A stretch of 63,875 nucleotides of DNA, counting the filler, from Ministeria vibrans ATCC 50519 (lineage: Eukaryota > Protista > Filasterea), in assembly GCA_943704425.1 (NCBI GenBank). It is 12 parts of 12 records of this genome, joined end to end, with 100 filler letters (N's around TTAATTAATTAA, not from the genome) between each part and the next. Parts side by side here need not be neighbours in the genome. Positions count along the whole stretch, not along the records: positions 33,153 to 41,131 come from CALSCP010000985.1; positions 41,232 to 44,327 come from CALSCP010002555.1; positions 44,428 to 46,629 come from CALSCP010002772.1; positions 46,730 to 49,941 come from CALSCP010001413.1; positions 50,042 to 62,749 come from CALSCP010000060.1; 7 more parts are not named here. One strand, written 5' to 3'. The translations under genes and the position numbers were made by a program. Positions 40,701 to 52,811 of this stretch are shown piece by piece (position 1 is the first letter of the stretch; each line of letters opens with the position of its first letter). A model generated the notes under the pieces. It searched no databases, had not been told where the DNA came from, and was given only the letters and a program-made list of their open reading frames with translations.

Positions 40701-41131
40701 CCAGACGCAACTCGTCCAATGGAACAGTCTCAAACACACCCGCTCCCGCATTGTAGACCATTCGCATTTTGTGCATGCGAGTGGCAATGGAACGGTCTTC
40801 CTCGTCAGGCAACTCTTCTCCGCGCAGTGCAGCCACCAGAGCCGTCTTGCCCGCCTCAGTCGCACCCAGGAACAGCACTTTGATTGAGCGACAGTTCACT
40901 GAGCCACGTTTCATGGCAGCTGTGTATGCAAGGTTGTAGGGAAGAGCACTGCAAGATAAACGAGTGAATCGAGACAAAATGGTTGTGGATAAACTTACGC
41001 CAACAGCTCAGAGATGGACCATTCGGTGCGAGTGCCGTCTCTAGCGTGGGCAACAAGGTGCTCACTGGTGAGCTCAATCTTGACGGGACTATACACGTTT
41101 CAAATAATTATGAAGTCAAGAGGTGCAAGCG
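37794..41131 (-). CDS. Roc GTPase - COR-like region - caspase-like (peptidase C14) fusion protein, 5' partial
   Basis: Roc: KVLFLGATEAGKT, FDFAG, FM....VYVLVFDLS, VIIVGTHVD. C14 fold: ALVVGVSKY, DLPG, LIVHLIGHG, VIADFCNSG, ARQILTS. Introns at ~40952-41000, ~40380-40436 and ~38655-38711. Confidence 0.82.
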
Positions 41132-41231
41132 NNNNNNNNNNNNNNNNNNNNNNNNNNNNNNNNNNNNNNNNNNNNTTAATTAATTAANNNNNNNNNNNNN
41201 NNNNNNNNNNNNNNNNNNNNNNNNNNNNNNN

Positions 41232-41339
<108 letters not shown>

Positions 41340-41362
41340 TACTTCTCTTTGTATCTCTGTAC

Positions 41363-42359
41363 CTTCTCGATGACGTTGGAGGAGAACTTTTGGACGGCAA
41401 GAATGGCAATGGAGGAGAGGAATCGACGGATAATGGCATCGCTGAAGGAGACATTCTTGAGGTCGAGCACGTACTGCACGACATAGTTGCCAAAGGGATC
41501 CTGCACAAGGGTAAGAGCGCTCGCCGTAATCTGATTCACCAGCTGAAGCTTCTGTGTCTCGGTCGCATAGTCAATGCAACGTTGCATGACACAGCAGCCA
41601 TGACGATGGGTGGCAACCTCAACACAGTGGAGCGCCACGGCGTCGTAGATGAACTGGTTGTCGACAGGACTGAATCGTTGCAGACATCGCTGAATAACGT
41701 GGTTACCATTGAGGTCCTTGATCAGACGCACCACATTGTCCTTCAGAGCATCCACGACAAACTTCATCTGGCGTGGCTCCGACAAACATTCAATCGTCTT
41801 CTGGACCGCTCGCGTGCCATGCATGTTTAGCGAGATGCTCACTAGCTCCGAAGCGACCTACAACCACAGAGGGGAGAAAGAAGGGAGGAAAATACAAAGT
41901 GAGAGAGAGAGTGAGAAAGGAGAGGGATTGAAACAAAGTGATAGAAGAGAGAGAGGAAAGAAACAGTTTGTGGGTGTTTCCTTTTTGGGTGTTCCTATAC
42001 CTTCTCCACGATAAGAGTACGTTGATCATCGTTGCAGAATTCAACGAGCTTCTGACAAAGGTAGTTGCCAAACGGGTCGGTCATGAGTTCAACAATGTGT
42101 TCGTAGACCTCAAGGAAGATAGTCTGGACGTTGGCCTCGCACTGCTCTTCGAGTTTGCGTTGGAGGTAGCGACAACCGTGTTGATCTTTGCACAAGGAAT
42201 AAATTTTGCCCACGAGCTGGTCAAGCGAGTAGTGTGTCATGCCATTGCTCCCCGCGCGCTTGTGTCCCTTCACAGGCGAGCCCACAATGCCACTGAGCAG
42301 CTGACCAATGTCTGTGCCGCTGGTGGACGACGACAAGCGCTGTCGTCCGTTGCGTTGCT

Positions 42360-42405
<46 letters not shown>

Positions 42406-43356
42406 CTGCTGCTGTTGCTGAGAGTGCTGGCGCTGTTGGTGGTGCTGTGGTTGCTGGAGACCGCCGCCGTAGTCGTCGCCAAGACTGTTCATGGACGAAC
42501 CACCACCCGAGTTACTACCACGACCAAACTGACCATTGGAGTTGCTACCGCTACCACCGCCACCGCTACCGCCACCACCGTAGGAGACGTGTGAGAAGTT
42601 GCATCGGTCACCGTGGCGACAGAAGCCCTGCTGAAAGTAGCGACACGCAGGGGAGGGCTTGGATGAGCCACCTCCGCCGCCACCATGATGCATGCCATGA
42701 CCATTGTTGCCAAGGCCCAGGCCACCGCCACTGCTACCGCCACCGCCGTACATACCTGAACCGCCGCCACCAGCACCAACGCCACCGCCAGCACCATTTC
42801 CAAAAGCACCCAGAGAATTGGCGCCAAAGCTCGAGCCGTAGGCATTGGACGAGCCATTGGATGGATTTCCATTGCCACCTTGTGACGTCGTGACGCGATA
42901 GGGCGGGTACTGAGTGCCACCAACGCTTGGTTGTTGCTGCTGTTGCTGTTGGAGGTGAAGAGCGGTGACTGCGACGGCGGTTGACGGCGAGCTGTTGGAG
43001 TACATTTTGGCGTTTGCAAGCAAATGAGCAAGCTGAGCCTGTTGCGCCGAGAGTTGCTGTTGCTGCTGCAATTGTTGCTGTTGCTGCTGCAATTGTTGCT
43101 GTTGCTGCTGCGAAAGACCCAGCGACGAGGGCGACGATGTGGCCCATAGACGCTGGACGAGCTCCTCTTGGGAAAGATCTTGGAAGCCACCCTGAGCATT
43201 GGGCGACGTCTGAAGCGACATGGCAGCAAACGACTCGTCGAGGGCCTGCGAGCCAGTCAATGAGCTTCGGTTGGCACTGAGGATTTGAGCGAGGAACGGG
43301 TCGAGCTGCTGCTGTTGCATCAGGTGTTGCTGAGGATGTTGCTGCACCTGATGTTG

Positions 43357-43395
<39 letters not shown>

Positions 43396-44274
43396 GTGGT
43401 GGTGGTGGCTAAGATGTTGAGCCTGCTGATGTTGCTGCTGTTGGGCTTGCTGCTGTGTCTGCTGCTGCTGCTGTTGTTGTTGCTGTTGTTGTTGAAGCAG
43501 CTGCTGTGGATCGACGGTAGTAGACACAGAGGAGGCGTTTGTGGCAGCGGCAGCGGCAACGGCAGCAGCGGTCGTTCCAGCGTCAGAAGAGTCTGTGCCA
43601 GTAGCAGAGCTGACGGTGCCGGTGACAGTGTTGGCGGGCGCCGTTGGAGAACGTGGTGACTTTGGGCTGCTTGGCGCTGTTTCGTCGTCGAAGACGAGAC
43701 GCTCGTTGAATTGCGGTGGCAGACCGGGTGTCGAGGAGGACGAGGTGAAGGAGGAGAAGACACCGAGGTCGGTCCAGGCGTCGGGCGTGGTTGGGAGGTC
43801 GCTGCTCGAGGGGTTGTGATGGGAAAATTCGACAACGGGATTGTTCCAGATTCCTGTCGCGCCGGAGCCTGCAGCGACACCAGCACTGCTGGGGCCGCTG
43901 TTGGATGTGCCGGTTGAGGCGGCAGTGGGAATGATGATGCTGGTGGCGGACGGGGCTGTGGCAAAGAGTGGAGCGTCAAAAGTAGGCGAATCCATACGTA
44001 GCGCTGCGACCCCCGTCGCCTCCTCTTCGTCGTGGATGGCATCGCCCGGTCCCACAAGCGGGAGGCTTGCAAGGCTGCTGTTGTTGCTCATTGCGGCTGC
44101 GGCGGCTGTTGCTGCTGTGGCTGCTGCTGCTGCTGCTGTGGCTGGTGTTGTTCCTGCTGCTGCTGCGACTGCTGCTCCTGGCGACGCCACACTGTCGGAT
44201 GCTTCCGCTCGCTTCGTGATGTGCGCGTATGTGGCACCAGACATGTACAGGTCCAGCAGTCGGCCAAAGAGCAA
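41363..44274 (-). CDS. Pumilio-family RNA-binding protein (Puf4/Puf5-type) with CCCH zinc finger and polyQ region, 3' partial
   Basis: CRYFQQGFCRHGDRCNFSH; Puf repeats KDQHGCRYLQ, DPFGNYLCQ, NMHGTRAVQ, DLNGNHVIQ, HRHGCCVMQ, DPFGNYVVQ, QKFSSNVIE. Confidence 0.93.
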
Positions 44275-44698
44275 AAGGATAAGCCAAGCGAGGCTTTTTT
44301 TTCCTTTTTTTTTTTTTTTTTTTTTTTNNNNNNNNNNNNNNNNNNNNNNNNNNNNNNNNNNNNNNNNNNNNTTAATTAATTAANNNNNNNNNNNNNNNNN
44401 NNNNNNNNNNNNNNNNNNNNNNNNNNNTTTGGAGAAGTCTCGAGGCCTCCTTCGCCAACTTGCCTATTTAAATTTGGGGTTTGGGTCCGTTTTTTGAAAA
44501 ATTTAAATAAGAGTGATGAGTTGGGCCTGGAGTCCATTAAAAATAATTCACTTTTTTTTTTATTCAACTTTAGACTCCCCTGCGTGAGTTATCCCCTATC
44601 ACGGATCATCCCAGCCACGCACCCCTCCGCTGGCTCGCCCCCCATCCTGCCGCTTTGCTCTCTCTCACTCATTTCACTTACTCGACCACTGTAAAAAA

Positions 44699-45592
44699 AT
44701 GGCTCCCGTCGTATTGCAACGCATCATCGCCTGCTCCATCAACAAGCTCACCTCTTCTGGTACGATTCGTCGCTGCATCTTGGGAACACATAAATTATAA
44801 CAAAAAAAAAAAAAGGAAAAAGAAGGAAAAAAAAGAAAGTTTGCGCAAACTCGGAAAAATATATATATTTGGAGCGAGAAACGTCGTTTGTTGGACAGTG
44901 TTCCTATTACGAGATGCGCAGTGCTTTGCACAAAGATGAGAACCGAGATGGCGCTTTTGCTGTGTAAATCTGTTGGAAAACAAATTTGAACTTTTCTTTT
45001 TTTAACCTTTTCCGGTTTGTTTTCAGCAGTACCTCAGCGCGAGCGGTCCCTTCGAGAGACGCTGTTGATCCGTAGAACATACACGCAAGCGTCGCTAACG
45101 CAAGCGGTAGACACTTTTCCAGTGTGTGACGAGCGGGAAACATTTGGTTGCGATGCAGACGACTCAGACGTCTATTCGCACGACGAAGACATGCATCAGA
45201 TTGTGGAGACGATTGTAGGCGACGACGATGACGATGACGAAGTTGATGGTGCTGCGTGGGCTCGCTATGACCGCGATGACGCATTACAACAGTCGATGGA
45301 GTGTTCGTGGAGCCCAAGTTCACATAGTGACTCACACTCCGATCCCCGCTGCGATTGGAGCGCATGGCCATCCACCTTCGACTGGCAGCGACCACAGTCA
45401 TCATCCTCTCCATCAAGAGCACCCATTGCCGCGTCATCCTTGAAACGTGGCATTGCGTGCGTGTACAATAGCGCACAGACGATGTGTCATGATGACACCG
45501 ACCTCATCCATGGCAACGCCTCAGACGACTCCCATGCAACATCACTGTTTACTAGCCACAAAAGGCTTCGCACCGTTGAAGTAATGATGTAA
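44699..45592 (+). CDS. Small acidic disordered protein with an IER/SERTA-like N-terminal helix pair
   Basis: Spliced (intron from 44760 to ~45029) MAPVVLQRIIACSINKLTSS(A)VPQRERSLRETLLIRRTYTQA, then a low-complexity acidic tail ending HKRLR. Confidence 0.55.
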
Positions 45593-45713
45593 TAATTGAA
45601 AGAATACAGGAATCGTGATTTCCTCATTGTGCCATCATAAAAAAGAAAGAAGAAGAAAAAAGACCTTTCTCAAAAATAATAATAATAATAATAATAATAG
45701 AAATACTTCATGG

Positions 45714-46127
45714 CTAGGCTACACTTGAGTCGTCAGTCCAATCCATATTCTTCAGGGCAGACTTGACATTGCGGGGGACACCACTCCACGTGCGCATATA
45801 ATCGGCCTTTTTGCCCTTCTTGCTCTTCTTGCTACCAGTCGCACTGACAGCGCCGCTGCCACCAACAGACGCCCCTGTGCCTGCTGTCGCCGCGCCGCCA
45901 GATGACTCTGTTACACCATCGTCCTCCATCTCCATTCCACTGGCATTGCTGAACGCCCCTGGTGCCTCTACACTCTCGCCGTTCAGTCAGTGTCCCCTCT
46001 TATCACGTTGTTTCTCTTGCTTGTCTCTCTCTTTCTCTCACTTTGTTCCCTCACAATCACTTTTTTCCCTTCACACTTTGTTTCCCTCACTTAGTTTCCT
46101 CTCTCTCTCTATCACTTTGTTTCTCTC

Positions 46128-46184
<57 letters not shown>

Positions 46185-46590
46185 CCTCTCTCTCTCTATC
46201 ACTTGTTTCTTTCTCTCTCTATCACTTTGTTTCTCTCTCTCTCTCTCTTGAACTCTCTCTCTCTCTTGAACTCTCTCTTGAACTCTCTCTCTCTTGAACT
46301 CTCTCTCTCTTGAACTCTCTCTCTCTCTCTTGAACTCTCTCTCTCTTGAACTCTCTCTTGAACTCTCTCTCTCTTGACTCTCTCTCTCTTGAACTCTCTC
46401 TTGAACTCTCTCTCTCTTGAACTCTCTCTCTCTTGAACTCTCTCTCTCTCTCTTGAACTCTCTCTCTCTCTCTTGAACTCTCTCTCTCTCTCTCTCAATG
46501 TGTATATACCGTGAACAGCACTTCTTGCGCGCTTCTTAGGCTCAGTCTTTCCCGTCGGCACTGGTACTTCCTCAGACTTCTCAGGTGCAC
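45714..46590 (-). CDS. C-terminal exons of an unknown protein with basic NLS-like stretches
   Basis: Two plausible exons (..PKKRARSAVH; EAPGAF..KKSKKGKK..WTDDSSVA*) separated by a CT-rich intron. Confidence 0.45.
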
Positions 46591-46597
46591 TCTACAC

Positions 46598-46629
<32 letters not shown>

Positions 46630-46771
46630 NNNNNNNNNNNNNNNNNNNNNNNNNNNNNNNNNNNNNNNNNNNNTTAATTAATTAANNNNNNNNNNNNNNN
46701 NNNNNNNNNNNNNNNNNNNNNNNNNNNNNAAAGCTATACAAAAAGGGACGCATTGAATGACAATGAGATGA

Positions 46772-46874
<103 letters not shown>

Positions 46875-46885
46875 TTAGTCTAACT

Positions 46886-49820
46886 TGGACGCGATTGGGA
46901 CTTTCATCGGCAAAACGGTAGACAAAGTGAGTGAGAGTGCGGAATTGGTCAAGAGAACCCCAGGCGGCACACCACATCTCCCAGTCAGCCTTGGTGAAGA
47001 GGGCGCGGTCATCGAGGGGCACGCCGTACGCGAAGTGAGACGTGCTGTTGGAGGACAGGTAAAAGTGCAGTTCGTCCGTAAAAACCTAAAAAAAGGTAGA
47101 ATGAAGGAAAGAAAGAAAGAGCGAGAGAGAATAAAAGAAGAAAAAGCGAGAAAAGAAAGAAAGTGTATGTTTGTGATAAACAAAAAAAGCATAATGAAAA
47201 GTTTAGAGACATTTCTTTTTTTCTTTTCTTTCTTACTGAATCGGGAAACAAATTGAGTTTGAGCACCTTATCAAAAAGCAGATTATACTTTAAGGAAAAG
47301 GTCGAATTCGCTGTGTCATATTGTCTCTTGTAGTGACTATCCGCTTTGGCCATTTTCAGCCAATCAGAGACGTAAGAACGAGATTGTTTCATTGCCTAAA
47401 ATTTGCAGTAATAAACACAGTCAGAAAACAAACATGAATTTTTTTTACCCATTCTGCTTCTTCAGAACGATTCGCAAACTGAGCAATAACGGAGTACGCG
47501 GCCAACCCAACAATTCCCTTTGCGGCTAAGTTGACATTGTGCGGAGAAGGACCCGTAAAGTCATCGGTGCAAAGTTGGTTTCCTGGGTCGGGAAGAGTCC
47601 TATTTGCAAAATAAACAATAATAAGTAACAAAACAATGAAATTGACACAACAAGTCGTTGTCTGTACATGCATGTGTGTGTGTGTGTGTGTGTGGCACAC
47701 AGAGTTTCATTGAATAAGTAAATGTTTCAGTCTTAAGAGAGACTCTTTGAAGAATACATAAATGTTATTGAGAGAGTTATTGAGAGAGTCTAATTGACGG
47801 AAGAGTGTGTTCCCTCGTTTAAGTCTCAGTTGAGTTTACAATACATTTTTGCAAGTAAATCTCATTGAGTTTGCTATGCAATTGCAATATGTAATTTTGT
47901 AACAAGAATTCAATTTTGCGTCACATGTGTGTGTGGGAAGCGAAATACAAAAAAAAAACACAAAAGCAGTAATAATATTTGTTTTGTTTTTTGCGTACGA
48001 ATCCAAAAACTTTGCCCAAACGTCCAATAGTGGCCAATACTTGTCCAGATAGGCCACAGAATGGTTATTTTGCTGCTGTGCAACTGCTGCAAGCATAATC
48101 AAAAGGTTTCCAGTCTCTTCCATTGGCATATTCTCTAAAACAAATAATAATGTGTTTCAAATAAGGTCCAACAGTACTTTAAAAAGGAACGCAATAACAA
48201 ATTTAATGATCAAAAAAGTATAATACACACTCAATCATATACTCAAAACGTGGAAAGAAAGAGCAAAAACAACAACGACAAAAAAAAAACTTTCACACAC
48301 ATGCGTGTCTTTCAACCTTGTTTGGACGGAGGTAAATCGCACACGGGCCATTGTCCCAGATGGTGTGGAGCATATTCACGATTGTATTTGACGTCCGTTT
48401 CGTTGTTTGCGTACGCCAACACGGGAAGCATCAATTTGCGGAGAATTTCGGGCGATTGGAGTGCGAGAGGCATAGGAGCAAACGGATAAATAACATCGAC
48501 AGTGGACACATCGCCATCCGATGAGATTTCTTTGATAAACACCCAAATGTCATTGCGTTGGTCGTTCCACACCACTTTAAGAGCACCCGTTGATTGACGA
48601 TGCGCCAAACTAATCAGCTGAGCATATTCAGTTCCGTTCGTGTCCTTTTGCGTCTTTTGACACTTGCGAATAATGTCCGCGTCAGTCTTGTCACACTCTG
48701 CGAGTGTGTGAGTGTAATTGGCCGATGCGGCACTGATCATTGACTCAGCTGTGCTGTATTTGTGGCGCCACCTAAAAAGAAAAGGGATGAGAGTGAGAGT
48801 GAGAGTGAGAGAGAGTGAGAGTGAGAGTGAAGTTGGCCGAGTGAGTGACAGACCAAGGACAGTTTAAAATACAGTCAAAACTGTGTGTAACAACAATAGA
48901 TGAGAAATAATAATAAAATATGGAAAATATAGAAAATGATACGCAACCACAATCAATTACTGCCTGCCTCTCTATCATTGATACACTTACAGTGGTTCAA
49001 AATCGTGTCCAAAATAACGAATTGCCTTGAGGTCATCGTATGCAAAAACAATGCGACGCACAACAGGAGTGGCACGGACAGCACTGCCCAACTTCCAATT
49101 GTACGCCAAAACAATCCAATCGTCTTTGCATGCGCGAGGCATTCGGGTGTCAAAGGGAGGCAAAGGGGAGTCGGAGAGGAACGAGGCGCGTGCTTGGTCA
49201 GCGAATGCCGCAGTCGCAGTGACGTGTCCGTCGTCGGGTGTTGCGACGTACGCGTAGCCCCAGTTGATGCGGATGGCGTCACCTGTGCGCCCCAGAATGT
49301 TTTGCGAGGAAGTGCCCACGCGCATTGCCGTGTGGCCAGGCACATTGACAGTTCTATGCACAACAGGGAGTGTGTGAATCAACGCAGTCAGAGTACTCCC
49401 ACTTACGCCCACTCGACTTGCTCGCCCACATCATAGACACCCAGTTCAGCAGTGTTGTCGTAGTACAGGCTGACATCGTGCTCGCGGCCGTCCGACGAGG
49501 CGACAGAGAAGGTCAAGTGTGTGACGGGCATTGAGAGCGCCTCCAGGTCGTCCATGAAGGCACCAGTCGAAAACGTCACATTCACGACGACTCCCGCGCC
49601 CGCAAACACATAGCGGGTTTGCGTGGGATACACATCAACGGAGAGCTGCGGCAGAGGCGCTGGGGTCCACGCTGCGCCGTCTTCAGGGCCCATAATGCGG
49701 AAGACAGTTCCGTCAACCCGCACAGCCGCTGTAAACGCCGTAATCGCACCGCTCCAGTGCGACGGCCACTCGTCAGTCAGTTTGTCGGCTGTTGACCACA
49801 CTGACATGTACGGATCGTTC
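46886..49820 (-). CDS. Glutaminase GtaA-like / DUF4965-DUF5127 six-hairpin protein, partial at both ends
   Basis: DPYMSVWS, VRVDG..FR.MG, KEISSDGDVSTVDVIYP, APHHLG.WP, MPMEETGNLLIM, QLCTDDF.G, LKYNL..DK.L, PLDDR..FTKADW. Confidence 0.88.
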
Positions 49821-49838
49821 TAAATTGCCCGCGAGAGT

Positions 49839-49941
<103 letters not shown>

Positions 49942-50264
49942 NNNNNNNNNNNNNNNNNNNNNNNNNNNNNNNNNNNNNNNNNNNNTTAATTAATTAANNN
50001 NNNNNNNNNNNNNNNNNNNNNNNNNNNNNNNNNNNNNNNNNACAAGAGGCGTATTGTCCGGACGTGGCTCAAGAGACTTTCGATATGCCTAAAAGCAGAC
50101 ACACAAGAGAGGAGGGACAGAGAGACAAAGTGATAGAGGGGGGCAGGAGGAAGAAAGAGACAAAGTGATAGAGAGAGAGAGAGTGGAGGAGAGAAAGAGA
50201 CAAAGCGATAGTGAGAGAGACAAAGTGATAGTGAGAGAGTGGAGGGAGAAAGAAACAAAGTAAT

Positions 50265-50302
<38 letters not shown>

Positions 50303-50333
50303 GGTAACAGCTATTCTTCTACAAAGTTGCTAC

Positions 50334-50557
50334 CTCTTCTTCTGCTCTTGCTTGCACGTACATGGCCGCCATTCGAGCGCGGTCAGGACCTGCATTGTCT
50401 CTCACTGCCTCTACCGTAAAAAAAAATCATATTCTAGGACCTTCCACGTATGTTCAGCACCGTACCAGTTGGGTCTGTATATGATGTCGCCGTTGTCGTG
50501 TCACTTCGACTAGCCAAAGACTCTTTGCTGACACTAATCAATCCGCGGTTGCCATGC
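50334..50557 (-). CDS. SPAG8: Displaced internal exons 2-3 of the SPAG8-like gene (exons 50466-50557 and 50334-50410)
   Basis: HGNRGLI..TTATSYTDP and ..AMYVQARAEEE splice in phase between the exons at ~56550 and ~56209. Confidence 0.75.
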
Positions 50558-50576
50558 CTACCGAAAAGAATCAGGT

Positions 50577-50669
<93 letters not shown>

Positions 50670-50764
50670 TGTTTCTTTCTCCCTCTTCTCACTGTGTTTC
50701 TCTCCCTCCTCTCTCTCTCTCTCTCACTCACTTTGCTCTTTTTTTCTATCTCTCTCCGTTGAAA

Positions 50765-52682
50765 GCCTATGCTCGGTCACGGCGGCAGTTATGTATTGCC
50801 CAACGGACAAGGTGAGCCTGTGTGGCCGTTGCGACGAGGAAGTCCACAAGGCGAATGCCATTGCAGGCGACCACCAACGCGAGTATTGCGCCGACATTCG
50901 TTGGTACATTGATGGTGCACGCCACTTCTTTCACGAAGTCTTCAAAGAGGTACGACTACGTGTCGCTCTCAATGGTCGTGAGCGCCCACTGGTTGCACTG
51001 CCACTGGTGGGCACGGGTAAAGGTGGAGCAGGACAGGCCACAGGCGGTGTGGCTGCCAATCTCTTACCGGCGCTCTACGCGGCCGCTGAGCAGTTTGGCT
51101 TTGACATTGCACTCGTGACCAACGCCCGCTCGAAATTTGCTGCAGTGCAAGTGCTGCGCCAAACGCAGCATGTCAAGGAGAACTGGAACGCATGGGGTCA
51201 CCTTAACGATGAGCTGCGCAGGGAAGCGGACGAGCTGGCAGGTCACGCACGACGAGGTAATCTAGTGCTGTTTTTGGGCAGTGGCATCAGTTCGGGGGCG
51301 GGACTGCCGATGTGGAGTGAGCTCATTGAGGAGCTGGCGCGCGTCGCTGGCATGGAAGAGGATGAGATTGTCGTGCTGCGCTCTATGAATCATCTGGATG
51401 CAGCACGCATTGTTGAGCTTCATTTGGGAGCAAACGAGTCGCTGAATCGTCTTGTGGCGCAAAAGGTCACAGTCTCGGTATGTACACTTGCGAGTTGTCT
51501 TCTGGCGGGACTGCCTGTGAAGGAGATTGTCACAACCAACTACGACACAATGTACGAAATGGCATCGCGTGGTGCCGGTCTGCGCACGGCCGTGCTCCCA
51601 TACAGTCCCGCCAGTGACTGCGACCGGTGGGTGCTCAAGATCCACGGGTGTGCCACACACCCTGAGGACATTGTGCTCACCCGTGAAGACTACCTGCGCT
51701 ACTCAACGCGTCGCTCGGCCCTCCAGGGTATTGTTCAGTCGCTTCTCATCACACGCCATATGCTCTTTGTTGGCTTCTCGCTGCGCGACGATAACTTCCA
51801 TCGCATTGTCGACGAGGTCCGCCGTGCCCTTCAAAGCTCAACTGGTCAGGGTTCAGCAAAGGTCACTGCAAGACAGCCTCACACGACACACGACACACCA
51901 GATCACCCGACCCGCAAGAAACCAGCATCGGCGTCACCCACAAGAACAACGTCCAACTCAGCGACAACTGAGTCCTCTACTGCGGGTGCGGCGGTGCCTA
52001 TTGAACAGACCACTACACCCAACTCAACTGCCTTTGGCACTTCCCTCACCCTCGTACGCAATCGCATCGCAGACATGCTCTGGCGCGGCGACCTCAACAT
52101 GGTTGCCATGCAAGAGTCAGACGAAGTTCCTCGCAGCACCACTCTGACCACCACTCCCACTTCTCCTACCACCACCACTACTACTACTACTACGACTACT
52201 GCTCCCGCTACTCCGCTGACTCCCCTCCACACTCCCACCCGCAAACCTTCCAGTCGGTCTCTCATTGCCGACCCCACCCCCAGTGCCATCGCCTCCTCCG
52301 CTCGTCTTCTCGAAATCTTCCTTGACTATCTCCTCTCGTGCTCCACCTCCACTGCGGCGTATCTCCTTCAGCCCCAGTTTGACTCGGTTCTCTCCGAACC
52401 GCAAAGAGTCCTCCGAACTGCAATTCTGTAAGTGATGTGCACACACTAGAGTACCGCTTTTTCTCTGTTACTTACAAAGCTCTGTTTTTTATCTGCAGTC
52501 GATTTGCTGCGGCCGTGCCCTCGAATGCACGCGAAACCAAAGAATGGAGTCTGCTTGAGAATCTCTTTCGTGCAATGGGCGCCGAGGAACGCACAATTCG
52601 CTCAGACCAACACACAACGACGCCCGACAATGAGACCGAGTCGGCCAAGGAAACCGAAGCAAAGCGATGGCTCTCACTGTGA
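50765..52682 (+). CDS. B-box zinc finger + macro-like + SIR2_2 sirtuin-like NADase protein, 5' partial
   Basis: AVMYCPTDKVSLCGRCDEEVHKANAIAGDHQR; VALPLVGTGKGG; VLFLGSGISSGAGLPMW, IVTTNYD, LKIHG, IVLTREDY, LFVGFSLRD.NF; last exon ~52499-52682. Confidence 0.85.
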
Positions 52683-52811
52683 GCATGTTTGTATATATAT
52701 ATATATATATGTGTGTGTACATTGTTACGTAATTATTACACTATTTATATATCATTAATAATTATTGTTGTTCTCCCTTCGCTCTTTTTGATTCTTTCCC
52801 CCACTGTGACG

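Noticed and set aside
50554-50764. N-terminal SLSLSL/HTHT extension of the SIR2 ORF
   Set aside because: Translated intronic microsatellite at a probable misjoin
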